Below, one piece after another: positions 53,768 to 61,934 of a stretch of DNA of 64,000 nt (the stretch's first letter is position 1; each line of letters starts with the position of its first letter). The position numbers were made by a program, and so were the translations under genes. Below the pieces are notes generated by a model that ran no database searches, had not been told where the DNA came from, and was given only the letters and a program-made list of their open reading frames with translations. Source of the DNA: an uncultured Candidatus Saccharibacteria bacterium (GTDB lineage: Bacteria > Patescibacteriota > Saccharimonadia > Saccharimonadales > SZUA-47); assembly GCA_964536485.1 (NCBI GenBank), contig CAZHXX010000001.1, forward strand, positions 85,643 to 149,642, given 5' to 3'.

Positions 53768-54802
53768 TTACTTATTTAGCTCAGCCTTAAATTTTTCAAC
53801 AAGCTCAACCGGTGTTGGATCAAGCCCGTTTAAGAGAGATAAGTAGACGCTTACAAGGTCAGCAAAGCCGACAGTCCATAAAAGCTGGGCCGGAAGCGTG
53901 TCGCCTTTGGGCTCTATGACAAACGGATGAGGACGAGAGCCCGAAAGAAGCAGTTCTGCGACTTTGAATCTTTTTTGGACTCGTTCATGCTCGAGCTGCG
54001 AGCGAATCTCTACGACGGCAAACGGTTTCTCAACAGGATGACTACTCCAGCCAATGAACTCATTGTGATTAAATTCAGGATACTGGTTGCACCACGCAGT
54101 GTTCTTTGCGTTTTCGTTGATGCAAATCTTTAGCTTGTTTGCCACCGGCCACAGTTTCGGACCGCTGTACACAACCACCGTCTTCCCAGCCAGTTCTTGG
54201 GCTAACTGCTTTGCAGGATTTGCTGCTTCTGGTATGTCAGCTGAAAATTGCTTGAACTCTTCCCGTAGCCACTCGCTAAGCGCAACAAGTTCTGCTACCG
54301 AACCCGCCGGTGCAATGCCTGCTGCTTCTAGGATAGATAAAAATGCCTTCAGGAATCCGTAGGTTGCCATACGTGGTTGTTTGCCAGGAGGAACAGTTAC
54401 GAGAGGGAGTCCATACTCTCTCGCCTTTTCAGCAAGTTTTCCGCCAGCTGCTACGACGACAATCTGTGCGTTTTTTGCGCGGGCGTGTTCTAGCGAAGAT
54501 AGGGTCTCCTCGGTATTGCCGGAGTAGCTCGAAACAATAACTAGGGTATCTTTGTCGACATACGCGGGTAATGTGTAGTTTCGGCTAATTTCAAAGGGCT
54601 CTGAAAGCACAGGCCATGAGCTAAGAAAAACTCCAGGAAGTGCCGAGCCACCCATGCCCGAGAGAACAACATTGTAAACCTGTTGAAATGAAAATGGCTG
54701 ACTTGGTGTCACATCAATAAGGAGTTGCTCCCATTGGTTGCTAGCAACTCCTAGCGCATCTTCATTATCTTTTTGGTGAATGTATTTTAAATCGTCTAAC
54801 AT
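53768..54802 (-). CDS. Bifunctional phosphoglucose/phosphomannose isomerase-like SIS-domain protein
   Basis: 344 aa. GMGGSALPG and VSSYSGNTEET SIS motifs. The length and C-terminal half are typical of the PGI/PMI family. Confidence 0.78.
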   Translation of the reverse strand: MLDDLKYIHQKDNEDALGVASNQWEQLLIDVTPSQPFSFQQVYNVVLSGMGGSALPGVFLSSWPVLSEPFEISRNYTLPAYVDKDTLVIVSSYSGNTEETLSSLEHARAKNAQIVVVAAGGKLAEKAREYGLPLVTVPPGKQPRMATYGFLKAFLSILEAAGIAPAGSVAELVALSEWLREEFKQFSADIPEAANPAKQLAQELAGKTVVVYSGPKLWPVANKLKICINENAKNTAWCNQYPEFNHNEFIGWSSHPVEKPFAVVEIRSQLEHERVQKRFKVAELLLSGSRPHPFVIEPKGDTLPAQLLWTVGFADLVSVYLSLLNGLDPTPVELVEKFKAELNK

Positions 54803-54877
54803 ATTTTACCCCGAGTCGTTAATGCTATATACTATAAGGCAATAACGCATAACAATCTATGGTCGCAGGGGGTGGAA

Positions 54878-55558
54878 ATGTTTGGGACAAATACTAACGA
54901 TAATCAAACGGTGATGGGCTCACCGACTGTCCAGAATCCGTCTATGCTGGACAATGTCTCTCAGCAAGATTTTCAGACAGCTGATAATACGGCTTCTCAA
55001 GACCAGCCAGCTGATTCTGCCGCACAGCACCCAATCACGACCGACAACCCGTTCGTACAGGACATCGTGTCCTCTAGTGCTTCATCTCCCGCAACACCTC
55101 CAACACCGGCACCTTCGGTGTCTGACCCAGTAATATCGGGGGTTTCTGTTCCGAGCGAGCCAGCAGTTGCGCCATCGCCATCAAGCCCTGTCCAGCCACC
55201 TATAGTAGAAGAGGAAGCTCAAGAAGCAACCACCACGTCATACGTTGATGCTTTGGCTGAAGATGTGCTCTCAACGGCATCATCACAGGCAACTGCTATT
55301 GAGCCTGTTGACCACGATAAGTTAGCGGCTTTGAAGCAAGAAGCACTTGAACACCTTGAACCGCTTGCAGAGCACATTGAAGGCACGCCAGAAGAGACGT
55401 TTAAGACAACTATGATGATGATTCAAGCAAACGATAATCATACCCTGCTAGAAAAGGCACTTGAGTCAGCGAAAAAAATTGAAGACGACAAGGTTCGTGC
55501 ACAAGCAATGCTTGATATCATTAACGAAATAAACTATTTTTCGCAGGTGAACAACTAA
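54878..55558 (+). CDS. Acidic low-complexity hypothetical protein
   Basis: ATG 54878 is preferred over GTG 54872 (GGGGGTGG SD). P/S/A/Q-rich N-half and a helical C-half. Confidence 0.6.
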   Translation: MFGTNTNDNQTVMGSPTVQNPSMLDNVSQQDFQTADNTASQDQPADSAAQHPITTDNPFVQDIVSSSASSPATPPTPAPSVSDPVISGVSVPSEPAVAPSPSSPVQPPIVEEEAQEATTTSYVDALAEDVLSTASSQATAIEPVDHDKLAALKQEALEHLEPLAEHIEGTPEETFKTTMMMIQANDNHTLLEKALESAKKIEDDKVRAQAMLDIINEINYFSQVNN

Positions 55559-55593
55559 TCAGCTGTCAAAGATTGTTCGCTTAACGCAGATAC

Positions 55594-56130
55594 TTATTTA
55601 TTTGAAGCAAACTTCTTAAGAGAAACAAAATAGCCACTAAGCGCTAGTACCGCTAGGAGTGTAAGTATATCTCCGGCACCAGTGTTTGGAAGTGCTTCGC
55701 TGTCGCCTGTAACAGGTGTTTTTGTAGCTGATGTAGTGCTAGATGCGGTGCTACCTGATGAAGAGGAAGTGCTGGTGCTGTGGCCAGTGTGGGATGATGT
55801 GCTTGAGCTAGTGCTAGTTGTTGCAGCTTCTTCTGAAACAACGCCATTTGGTTCACTGCTCGGAGTTGTTGTGCTAGGAGTGGTGGTTACAATTGCAGTA
55901 TCGGAGCTTGACGCTGAGCCATTAGACGTGGTGACTACTTTTATGTCGTCTTTTGTTAGTGTACGATAAATCCATCTTCCGCCAAAGAAAAGAACAGTAA
56001 GAACAACAACTGTTATAAGCAGGCTGAGCAATGCCATGAGCCATGCTCTTCCTGTGCTGTTATTGCGATTTGCGTAGTAATCTTCAAGCTCAGATATAGT
56101 CTGGGATTTTTTGCGGTTGAACAATGCCAT
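55594..56130 (-). CDS. Ser/Thr-rich LPXTG-type (LPNTG) sortase substrate
   Basis: N-terminal TM/signal anchor and an S/T tract (TSTSSSTSSHTGHSTSTSSSSGSTASSTTS). LPNTG (55678-55692) followed by a hydrophobic segment and a KKFASNK tail. Confidence 0.8.
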   Translation of the reverse strand: MALFNRKKSQTISELEDYYANRNNSTGRAWLMALLSLLITVVVLTVLFFGGRWIYRTLTKDDIKVVTTSNGSASSSDTAIVTTTPSTTTPSSEPNGVVSEEAATTSTSSSTSSHTGHSTSTSSSSGSTASSTTSATKTPVTGDSEALPNTGAGDILTLLAVLALSGYFVSLKKFASNK

Positions 56131-56196
56131 AGGTACACTTCTCCTTGTTGTTTATCGAATCCCACCGATTTCGCCTAATTTTACGACATTTTCTCA

Positions 56197-56236
56197 TAAA
56201 AAGCAATACCCCTTCAGAGGCGAACCCTTGAAGGAG
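56197..56236 (-). terminator. Possible terminator downstream of groEL
   Basis: Stem CCTTCA (56211-56216) / TGAAGG (56229-56234), followed on the minus strand by a T-run (plus-strand A-run 56198-56202). Confidence 0.4.
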
Positions 56237-56264
56237 TATTGGGAGTAGCTTTACAGAGTCTAGA

Positions 56265-57899
56265 CTACATATCTAAGCCCATGCCACCTGCGCCAGCTGT
56301 AGCCTTTGGCTCAGGTACATCAACAACGAGTGCGCCCATAGTCATGCTCGTACCAGCAATGCTGACCGCATTCTGCACTGCCTGTTTTGTGACAAGTACC
56401 GGGTCTACCACGCCAGCTTGTTTCATATCGACAAGCGCCACAGGGTTAGTAACATTTACACCGTGTCCTGGCTTTGACTTCCGCACTTGTGGGAGCCACT
56501 CATCTGGGTTTTCTCCAGAGTTTTCCATGAGTATTCGGAATGGTTGTTCGAGCGCGCGTGCAAGAAGTTGTGCACCTGCATCTGCTGTGGCGTCTTTGAC
56601 ATTCTTTATGGTTGACGAGAGATTCACTAATGTTACGCCACCACCAGGAACAATACCTTCACTCATGGCTGCCTTTACGGCGGCCACTGCATCATCAACG
56701 CGATATTTTTTCTCCTCAATCTCTGTTTCAGAGGCACCACCAACTTTGATGACAGCTACTTTTCCACTCAGTGCGGCCTGACGTTTTTGTAGTTCACCGC
56801 GGTCATACTTGCTTGTCGTAGCGTCTGCTTGAGCACTAATTAGGTGGATACGCGCTTTAACGTCCGAGGCTTTGCCGGCTCCTTCAACGATAGTTGTTTC
56901 GTCTTTCCCGACGATTACTTTTCGCGCTGTACCAATAACTTGCAAGTCAACAGTCTCAAAGCTTAAGCCCTGCTCTTCTGAAATAACAGTTGCACCAGTA
57001 AGGGTCGCGATGTCTTGCAAGATATCCTTACGTCGGTCACCAAAACTTGGCGCTTTAACGGCAACCGTATTAAATACGCCCTTTAGCTTGTTAAGCACTA
57101 GCATCGTTAGTGCGTCGCCCTCAACATCTTCAGCAATAAGCACCATATCTTTTTTGCCCGCTTGTACGAGCTGCTCCATGAGCCCAGAAATTTCTTGGAT
57201 GCTACTAATCTTTTTATCAGTAATCACTATAGCAGGCTTAGTAAACGCTGCTTCCATACGATTAGTGTCGGTCACCATGTAAGGGCTCACAAAACCTCTA
57301 TCAAAGGTAAAGCCTTCTACTACTTCGCTCTCAAGACTTAAGCCCTGGCCTTCTTCTACTGTTACGACACCGTCTTTTCCAACTTTTGCCATCACATCGG
57401 CAATAAGGGCACCAATCTCTGCGTCTCCAGCACTAATCGTGGCTACCTCGGCTACACGCTCGCTTTTGCCGGTGATAGGTTCGCTCATTTTTTCTAGATG
57501 TCGCAAGATGTCACTTGCTGCTTGCTCTAGGCCCTTACGCAACTGCATAGGGTTATGACCTGCTGCAATCAGCTTATTGGCTTCGTTCAAGATATGGTAT
57601 GTAAGTACGGTCACTGTCGTCGTGCCATCACCTGCAACATCATTCATCTTGCTTGCTGCTTCTTTGATAAGCTCTGCACCCACTTTATAGCCCAGTGTCT
57701 CGTCGTCTGTATCGGCTATGTCGAGACCCTTCGCAACAGTCACACCGTCATGAGTGACGGTTGGTGCGCCGTATGCCTTGCTAATAACCACGTTACGACC
57801 TTTTGGACCCATGGTTGTCTTTACTGCTTCGTATAGTAGTTGCGCTCCGCCTAGGACGCGGCGACGAGCGTCCTCATCGTAGAATACCTTTTTTGCCAT
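56265..57899 (-). CDS. groEL: Chaperonin GroEL
   Basis: 544 aa. AGDGTTTVTVL, EGIVPGGGV, C-terminal GGMGLDM. Confidence 0.98.
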   Translation of the reverse strand: MAKKVFYDEDARRRVLGGAQLLYEAVKTTMGPKGRNVVISKAYGAPTVTHDGVTVAKGLDIADTDDETLGYKVGAELIKEAASKMNDVAGDGTTTVTVLTYHILNEANKLIAAGHNPMQLRKGLEQAASDILRHLEKMSEPITGKSERVAEVATISAGDAEIGALIADVMAKVGKDGVVTVEEGQGLSLESEVVEGFTFDRGFVSPYMVTDTNRMEAAFTKPAIVITDKKISSIQEISGLMEQLVQAGKKDMVLIAEDVEGDALTMLVLNKLKGVFNTVAVKAPSFGDRRKDILQDIATLTGATVISEEQGLSFETVDLQVIGTARKVIVGKDETTIVEGAGKASDVKARIHLISAQADATTSKYDRGELQKRQAALSGKVAVIKVGGASETEIEEKKYRVDDAVAAVKAAMSEGIVPGGGVTLVNLSSTIKNVKDATADAGAQLLARALEQPFRILMENSGENPDEWLPQVRKSKPGHGVNVTNPVALVDMKQAGVVDPVLVTKQAVQNAVSIAGTSMTMGALVVDVPEPKATAGAGGMGLDM

Positions 57900-57914
57900 A
57901 TATGAATACCTGTC

Positions 57915-58034
57915 GCATTATTTTGAGAGTCGTCATCCGTCGAATTTCTCCGCTTTTTTACTCGTTGTACTTTTAGTACACCTCTGTAAAAAATACTCAA
58001 ACTTCGGCGAATGACGCTTGGCTCAAAATGATGC
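57915..58034. repeat. Long imperfect inverted repeat filling the groES-groEL spacer
   Basis: Arms 57915-57944 and 58003-58034. 24 complementary positions lie in two blocks (13 and 14 nt, 3 mismatches) around a 3/5-nt bulge. The 58-nt centre holds the mini-hairpin GTACttttaGTAC (57967-57979). Confidence 0.7.
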
Positions 58035-58075
58035 TTTCCTTTCCGATTAGTTTTTAATAGAAGAATTTCAAATCG

Positions 58076-58345
58076 TTACTGGACAACGGCGTAGATGTTT
58101 TCGAGTTTGACGAGCATGTAGTCAATGCCGTCTACTTTAACTTCACTATTAGAATAGCCACCGTAAATAACTCGATCGCCAACTTTTACATCACCAACAG
58201 CTGGCCCAATAGCCAACACTTTGGCAATACGTGGCTTTTCTCCACCTTTATCGGGTAGTAAAAGACCGCTTGCGGTTTTTGTTTTTGCCTCTTCTTGCTG
58301 GACAACAACATAGTCAGCAAGAGGTATCAAAGGTACATTCGACAT
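58076..58345 (-). CDS. groES: Co-chaperonin GroES
   Basis: 89 aa. PLADYVVV...ASGLLLPD...GDRVIY pattern. Confidence 0.95.
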   Translation of the reverse strand: MSNVPLIPLADYVVVQQEEAKTKTASGLLLPDKGGEKPRIAKVLAIGPAVGDVKVGDRVIYGGYSNSEVKVDGIDYMLVKLENIYAVVQ

Positions 58346-58413
58346 ATGTGTAACTCCCTCTTTTTAGCTCTAAGAATAGAGACGGGTGTTCTCGCAGTAG
58401 AATACACCCGTTT

Positions 58414-58452
58414 CTAGCACTCATGATACTAGACTGCTAATACATCGGTCAA
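58414..58452 (-). promoter_or_regulatory. CIRCE operator overlapping a sigma70-type promoter for groES-groEL
   Basis: Minus strand: TTGACC (58452-58447), 18 nt, TATCAT (58428-58423). CIRCE TTAGCAGTC-N9-GAGTGCTAG (58440-58414) against the consensus TTAGCACTC-N9-GAGTGCTAA. Confidence 0.7.
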
Positions 58453-58455
58453 GTA

Positions 58456-58821
58456 CTAGAGAGCTGGTTCTATCGGAAGTTCACACTTTTGGATTACTGC
58501 ATCTGAGCGTCGTACAGACCCACGGAAAGCAACTCCAGGCAGGATGTTAAGTATGCAATCTCCATTCGGGAGCTCTTCTCTACTTGGAACAAAAGGTTCT
58601 GGAGCGCTAAGAGTAATGCCAACGCTAAGCTCTACTCCCGCAACGGTTAAGGTTGCGTCGCCTGTGGTATGTAGTCGGTCGTCAGAGCGACCTCCGTGAG
58701 CTTGAAACTCTAGGCCAGGTACTTCAAGTGAAAAACCTTGTGCGATATCTCTTCTTATTAACTTGACTGCTCTTTGTACGCTTGACTGACGAGCCCAACG
58801 CCCTTTGTTTGGGTGTCCCAT
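58456..58821 (-). CDS. Hypothetical protein (121 aa)
   Basis: Start chosen at ATG 58821, preceded by AAAGGAG. No recognisable motif. Confidence 0.6.
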   Translation of the reverse strand: MGHPNKGRWARQSSVQRAVKLIRRDIAQGFSLEVPGLEFQAHGGRSDDRLHTTGDATLTVAGVELSVGITLSAPEPFVPSREELPNGDCILNILPGVAFRGSVRRSDAVIQKCELPIEPAL

Positions 58822-58924
58822 TAGTTTTATCTCCTTTAAGCTCGTTAATATACGCCGAAAATTGCAACTTTTCAAAAGTATTTTTCACAATTTTTTTGGT
58901 TTCGCGCTACACTAGACGGTAGCT

Positions 58925-59782
58925 ATGCAAAAAATAAATACCAGAGTACTCATGTCCGGTGCAACCTATTTTGACGACCAGCAAGCGATCAATGCCTATA
59001 TGGACAACCGAATTAAGGTTGATGTAGAAAAGGCCATATCTGAACATTTACAGATACAGGAAGCCTTCAGCAGAGCTGGAATCGAAGTAGTTAAGATACC
59101 CGCACCTGAAAACTGTCAGGACGGGGTCTATACGGCAAATTGGGCACTTATAAGCGGGCGTAAAGCTATTATGAGCAATTTACCTAATACACGTGAAGCA
59201 GAGTCGCCATATGCAGAAGCGCGCTTGCGTGAACTTGGCTTTGACATTGTTCGTTTACCACATAATGTGCATTTTAGTGGTCAAGGCGATGCTCTGCCAT
59301 GTGGTAATAAGTTGTTTGTGGGCTCTAATTACCGCACTAGCGTTGAAGCACATCCACTTCTTGCACAAGAGACCGGCTTAGAAGTTATAGGCTTGCAAAC
59401 GATCCCCGAAACAGACATTTCTGGCAATCTTATAATTAACGCGGTGACCGGCTGGCCAGACAGTTTTTTCTATGATTTGGACCTTGCGTTAGCGGTCATT
59501 TCGCCCACGCTCATAGCCTGGTGCCCGCAAGCGTTCACGGAAGAAAGCCAGGCACGTATACATGCCATTACCGATATTGAGAAAATAGAGGTCAGCTATA
59601 CAGAAGCAACCGAAGCTTCTGCCTGTAACTTAGTCTCTACGGGAGAAACGGTTGTCATGGGCTCTCAAGCTCCAGAATTAAAAAAAACCCTAGAAGATAA
59701 GGGCTTAAAGGTCATAACAGTTGACGTAACCGAGCTTATGAAAGGCGGAGGCTTCATCCGCTGCACCAGTCTTACTTTATAG
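58925..59782 (+). CDS. Guanidino-group-modifying enzyme superfamily protein (amidinotransferase/DDAH/arginine-deiminase-like)
   Basis: 285 aa. The C-terminal KGGGFIRCTSLTL carries the superfamily Cys nucleophile context. FYDLDLAL block. Confidence 0.72.
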   Translation: MQKINTRVLMSGATYFDDQQAINAYMDNRIKVDVEKAISEHLQIQEAFSRAGIEVVKIPAPENCQDGVYTANWALISGRKAIMSNLPNTREAESPYAEARLRELGFDIVRLPHNVHFSGQGDALPCGNKLFVGSNYRTSVEAHPLLAQETGLEVIGLQTIPETDISGNLIINAVTGWPDSFFYDLDLALAVISPTLIAWCPQAFTEESQARIHAITDIEKIEVSYTEATEASACNLVSTGETVVMGSQAPELKKTLEDKGLKVITVDVTELMKGGGFIRCTSLTL

Positions 59783-60407
59783 CAACGGGTGTTCTTAGCG
59801 CTTGATTTACGAAGTCCGTATTTACTGATCGAGGATCTGGCACGGTAAGTCCGCGATTATACCCAAACACTAAAGCTGGACGAGCGAGTCTGTCCGCATC
59901 TGTTCGATTGCTCTGGGTGCCTCCAATAACCTGCAAGCCTTCAGTTGTTATGCCAAACAAATCTTCATGTTCCGAACCGAATCTTGCAGCAAGACCCATG
60001 AATTGTTCTGCCCAGTCTCTTTGCTCTCTCGGAATACCAAAGTCACTCGTTGCGCTGACCGGGCGCCCAAATGTTGTTACCGGATGCACAAGCTTCTTTC
60101 GGCCTTTGGTTTGAATGGTATAGCCATATTCAGGTGAGAGTGAAACTGCTACGAGCCCGCTTGTATCTACTGCCAAAACAGCTAAAGCACTCACGTGAAA
60201 TTTTGGGTCTTCGACAAATTTTTTAAGCTCTGGGTCCAAAGTGCCATCTAGGATAGGAGCATTCGGCCCCTTCCCGTCCCTTCTTGTAAAGACTGGTGCA
60301 TGGACGATAGCAGCCGCGTATTGAACCCCTTTTTCCTCATTAACAAAATGCGCATCGAGAAAATTAGCAACATCGGTTTTAAATAGGTTACTTTGTTCTA
60401 TAGACAT
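59772..60407 (-). CDS. Hypothetical protein (211 aa)
   Basis: Long ORF whose 3' end overlaps the convergent gene by 11 nt. No motif recognised. Confidence 0.6.
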   Translation of the reverse strand: MSIEQSNLFKTDVANFLDAHFVNEEKGVQYAAAIVHAPVFTRRDGKGPNAPILDGTLDPELKKFVEDPKFHVSALAVLAVDTSGLVAVSLSPEYGYTIQTKGRKKLVHPVTTFGRPVSATSDFGIPREQRDWAEQFMGLAARFGSEHEDLFGITTEGLQVIGGTQSNRTDADRLARPALVFGYNRGLTVPDPRSVNTDFVNQALRTPVAIK

Positions 60408-60473
60408 GGGATGTTTGTTTTAAAGATTAACTGTAGTAATAATAGCACAAAATTGTTAAAAATGCAAATAAGT

Positions 60474-61889
60474 TTATGGTTTATTTTTTATTGCTTTGCG
60501 GGCGACGGTTACCTCGTCGTAGTCTCGTTTTAGCACGCGTCTCTCGTCATCATCGTCTTGTGGCAAATGGCGTAGTTCAGAGGCTTGTGGGCCATTATGC
60601 AGGATGGATTTCTCGTGCCCTTTTCCAAGGAGAATAACGAGGTCGCCTGCTTTAGCAGTATTTATTGCCATTCGCACTGCTTCTTCACGGTTGTGTACCA
60701 TGAGAACATCTTTGTTTAACACTTTTCCGCTTGCTTCTGCTCCTGACACAATTTGGCGCATAATTTCTTCGCCGTCGATGTCTCTGTCGTCTTCTTCAGT
60801 TACGATAACAATATCGCACCATTTGCCGGCAATAGCACCTTGCTTCGCACGCTTTTCTTCGTCTCTTCGCCCTGCAGAACCAAAAACACAGATAAGGCGC
60901 TTATCAGTGAGTGGCTCCACTTCAGCAAAAAGTTTATCAAAGCTCTCCGGTGTGTGAGCATAGTCAACAATTACGGCAAAATCCTGGCCTTCGTCTACTC
61001 GCGTCATTCTTCCCTCCACCTCTTCTAGGCTTGCAATGCCCTGCTCAATCTCTGGACGTGTCAGCCCGAGAGCGCGTCCAGCACCAACCGCCGCTAAACT
61101 GTTATAGACATTAAAACTTCCTGGCAAATGGCACTCTATTTCAAAGGTTTCCTCACCAATTTTTGCAGTATATTTTGAGCCGGCTGGGGTAAGCTCGATG
61201 TCTGTAGCATTTAGGTCGCCGTTTTTTATTCCGTATAACACTGGGTGAGCGATATCTTTTGCAAAATATTCGGCTACTCCATCGTCAGCATTCACGATAC
61301 CTGTACGCAGGCCCTTTTTATTTCGGTTAGCTGCCTTAAAAAGGAGTCGCTTTGCGTCACGATAGTTCTCAAAAGTTCCGTGATAATCAAGGTGTTCATG
61401 CCCAAGATTTGTAAATACAGCGAGCGCAAAGGGGACACCCCAGGTACGGCGCTGGTGCAGTGCGTGACTCGTTACTTCGAGCACAAGGTACTCAACCTTT
61501 TCTTTTTTCATGCGCTTTAATGCGCTAACGAGCTGGTCTGCGCCAAATGTGGTGAGCCTTGTAGGGTTGGGCACTATCCCCTTCCCGTCTCCATAGTCAA
61601 CAGAGATGGTGGTCATCATGGCAACCTTTTTCCCAGATGCTCTTAGCATCTGTGTAATCAGAGTACTAGTACTTGTCTTGCCATCGGTCCCCGTTACTCC
61701 AATAACAGTAATCCCCTTTGCCGGAAAACCAGCTTTTGTTTGATACAACACCGACTTGCCTAAGTGCCAATAGGGAACAACAGCCTTAAAGAGCCCAACA
61801 GGAACAACTTTTTTAACAAACTTATCCATATAGCCCATTATAAGGATGATAAGCGTTATATAAAAACGATGCTTCAAAAATTTACTCAA
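60474..61889 (-). CDS. murE: Mur ligase, MurE-like (UDP-MurNAc-L-Ala-D-Glu:diamino acid ligase)
   Basis: GVTGTDGKTSTSTLITQML P-loop, VLEVTSHAL, DYAHTPESF, FGSAGRRDEEKR, GKGHE. The start may be an internal ATG (MDKF). Confidence 0.85.
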   Translation of the reverse strand: MSKFLKHRFYITLIILIMGYMDKFVKKVVPVGLFKAVVPYWHLGKSVLYQTKAGFPAKGITVIGVTGTDGKTSTSTLITQMLRASGKKVAMMTTISVDYGDGKGIVPNPTRLTTFGADQLVSALKRMKKEKVEYLVLEVTSHALHQRRTWGVPFALAVFTNLGHEHLDYHGTFENYRDAKRLLFKAANRNKKGLRTGIVNADDGVAEYFAKDIAHPVLYGIKNGDLNATDIELTPAGSKYTAKIGEETFEIECHLPGSFNVYNSLAAVGAGRALGLTRPEIEQGIASLEEVEGRMTRVDEGQDFAVIVDYAHTPESFDKLFAEVEPLTDKRLICVFGSAGRRDEEKRAKQGAIAGKWCDIVIVTEEDDRDIDGEEIMRQIVSGAEASGKVLNKDVLMVHNREEAVRMAINTAKAGDLVILLGKGHEKSILHNGPQASELRHLPQDDDDERRVLKRDYDEVTVARKAIKNKP

Positions 61890-61934
61890 CAGGGTGCAAA
61901 TTAAAATAGTTTGGGAACGTGGTTCAAAAGTCTC

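Noticed and set aside
56239-57836. Plus-strand ORFs (180, 136 and 93 aa) inside groEL
   Set aside because: They are antisense shadows of groEL, with Ser/Thr/Ala-rich low-complexity translations.
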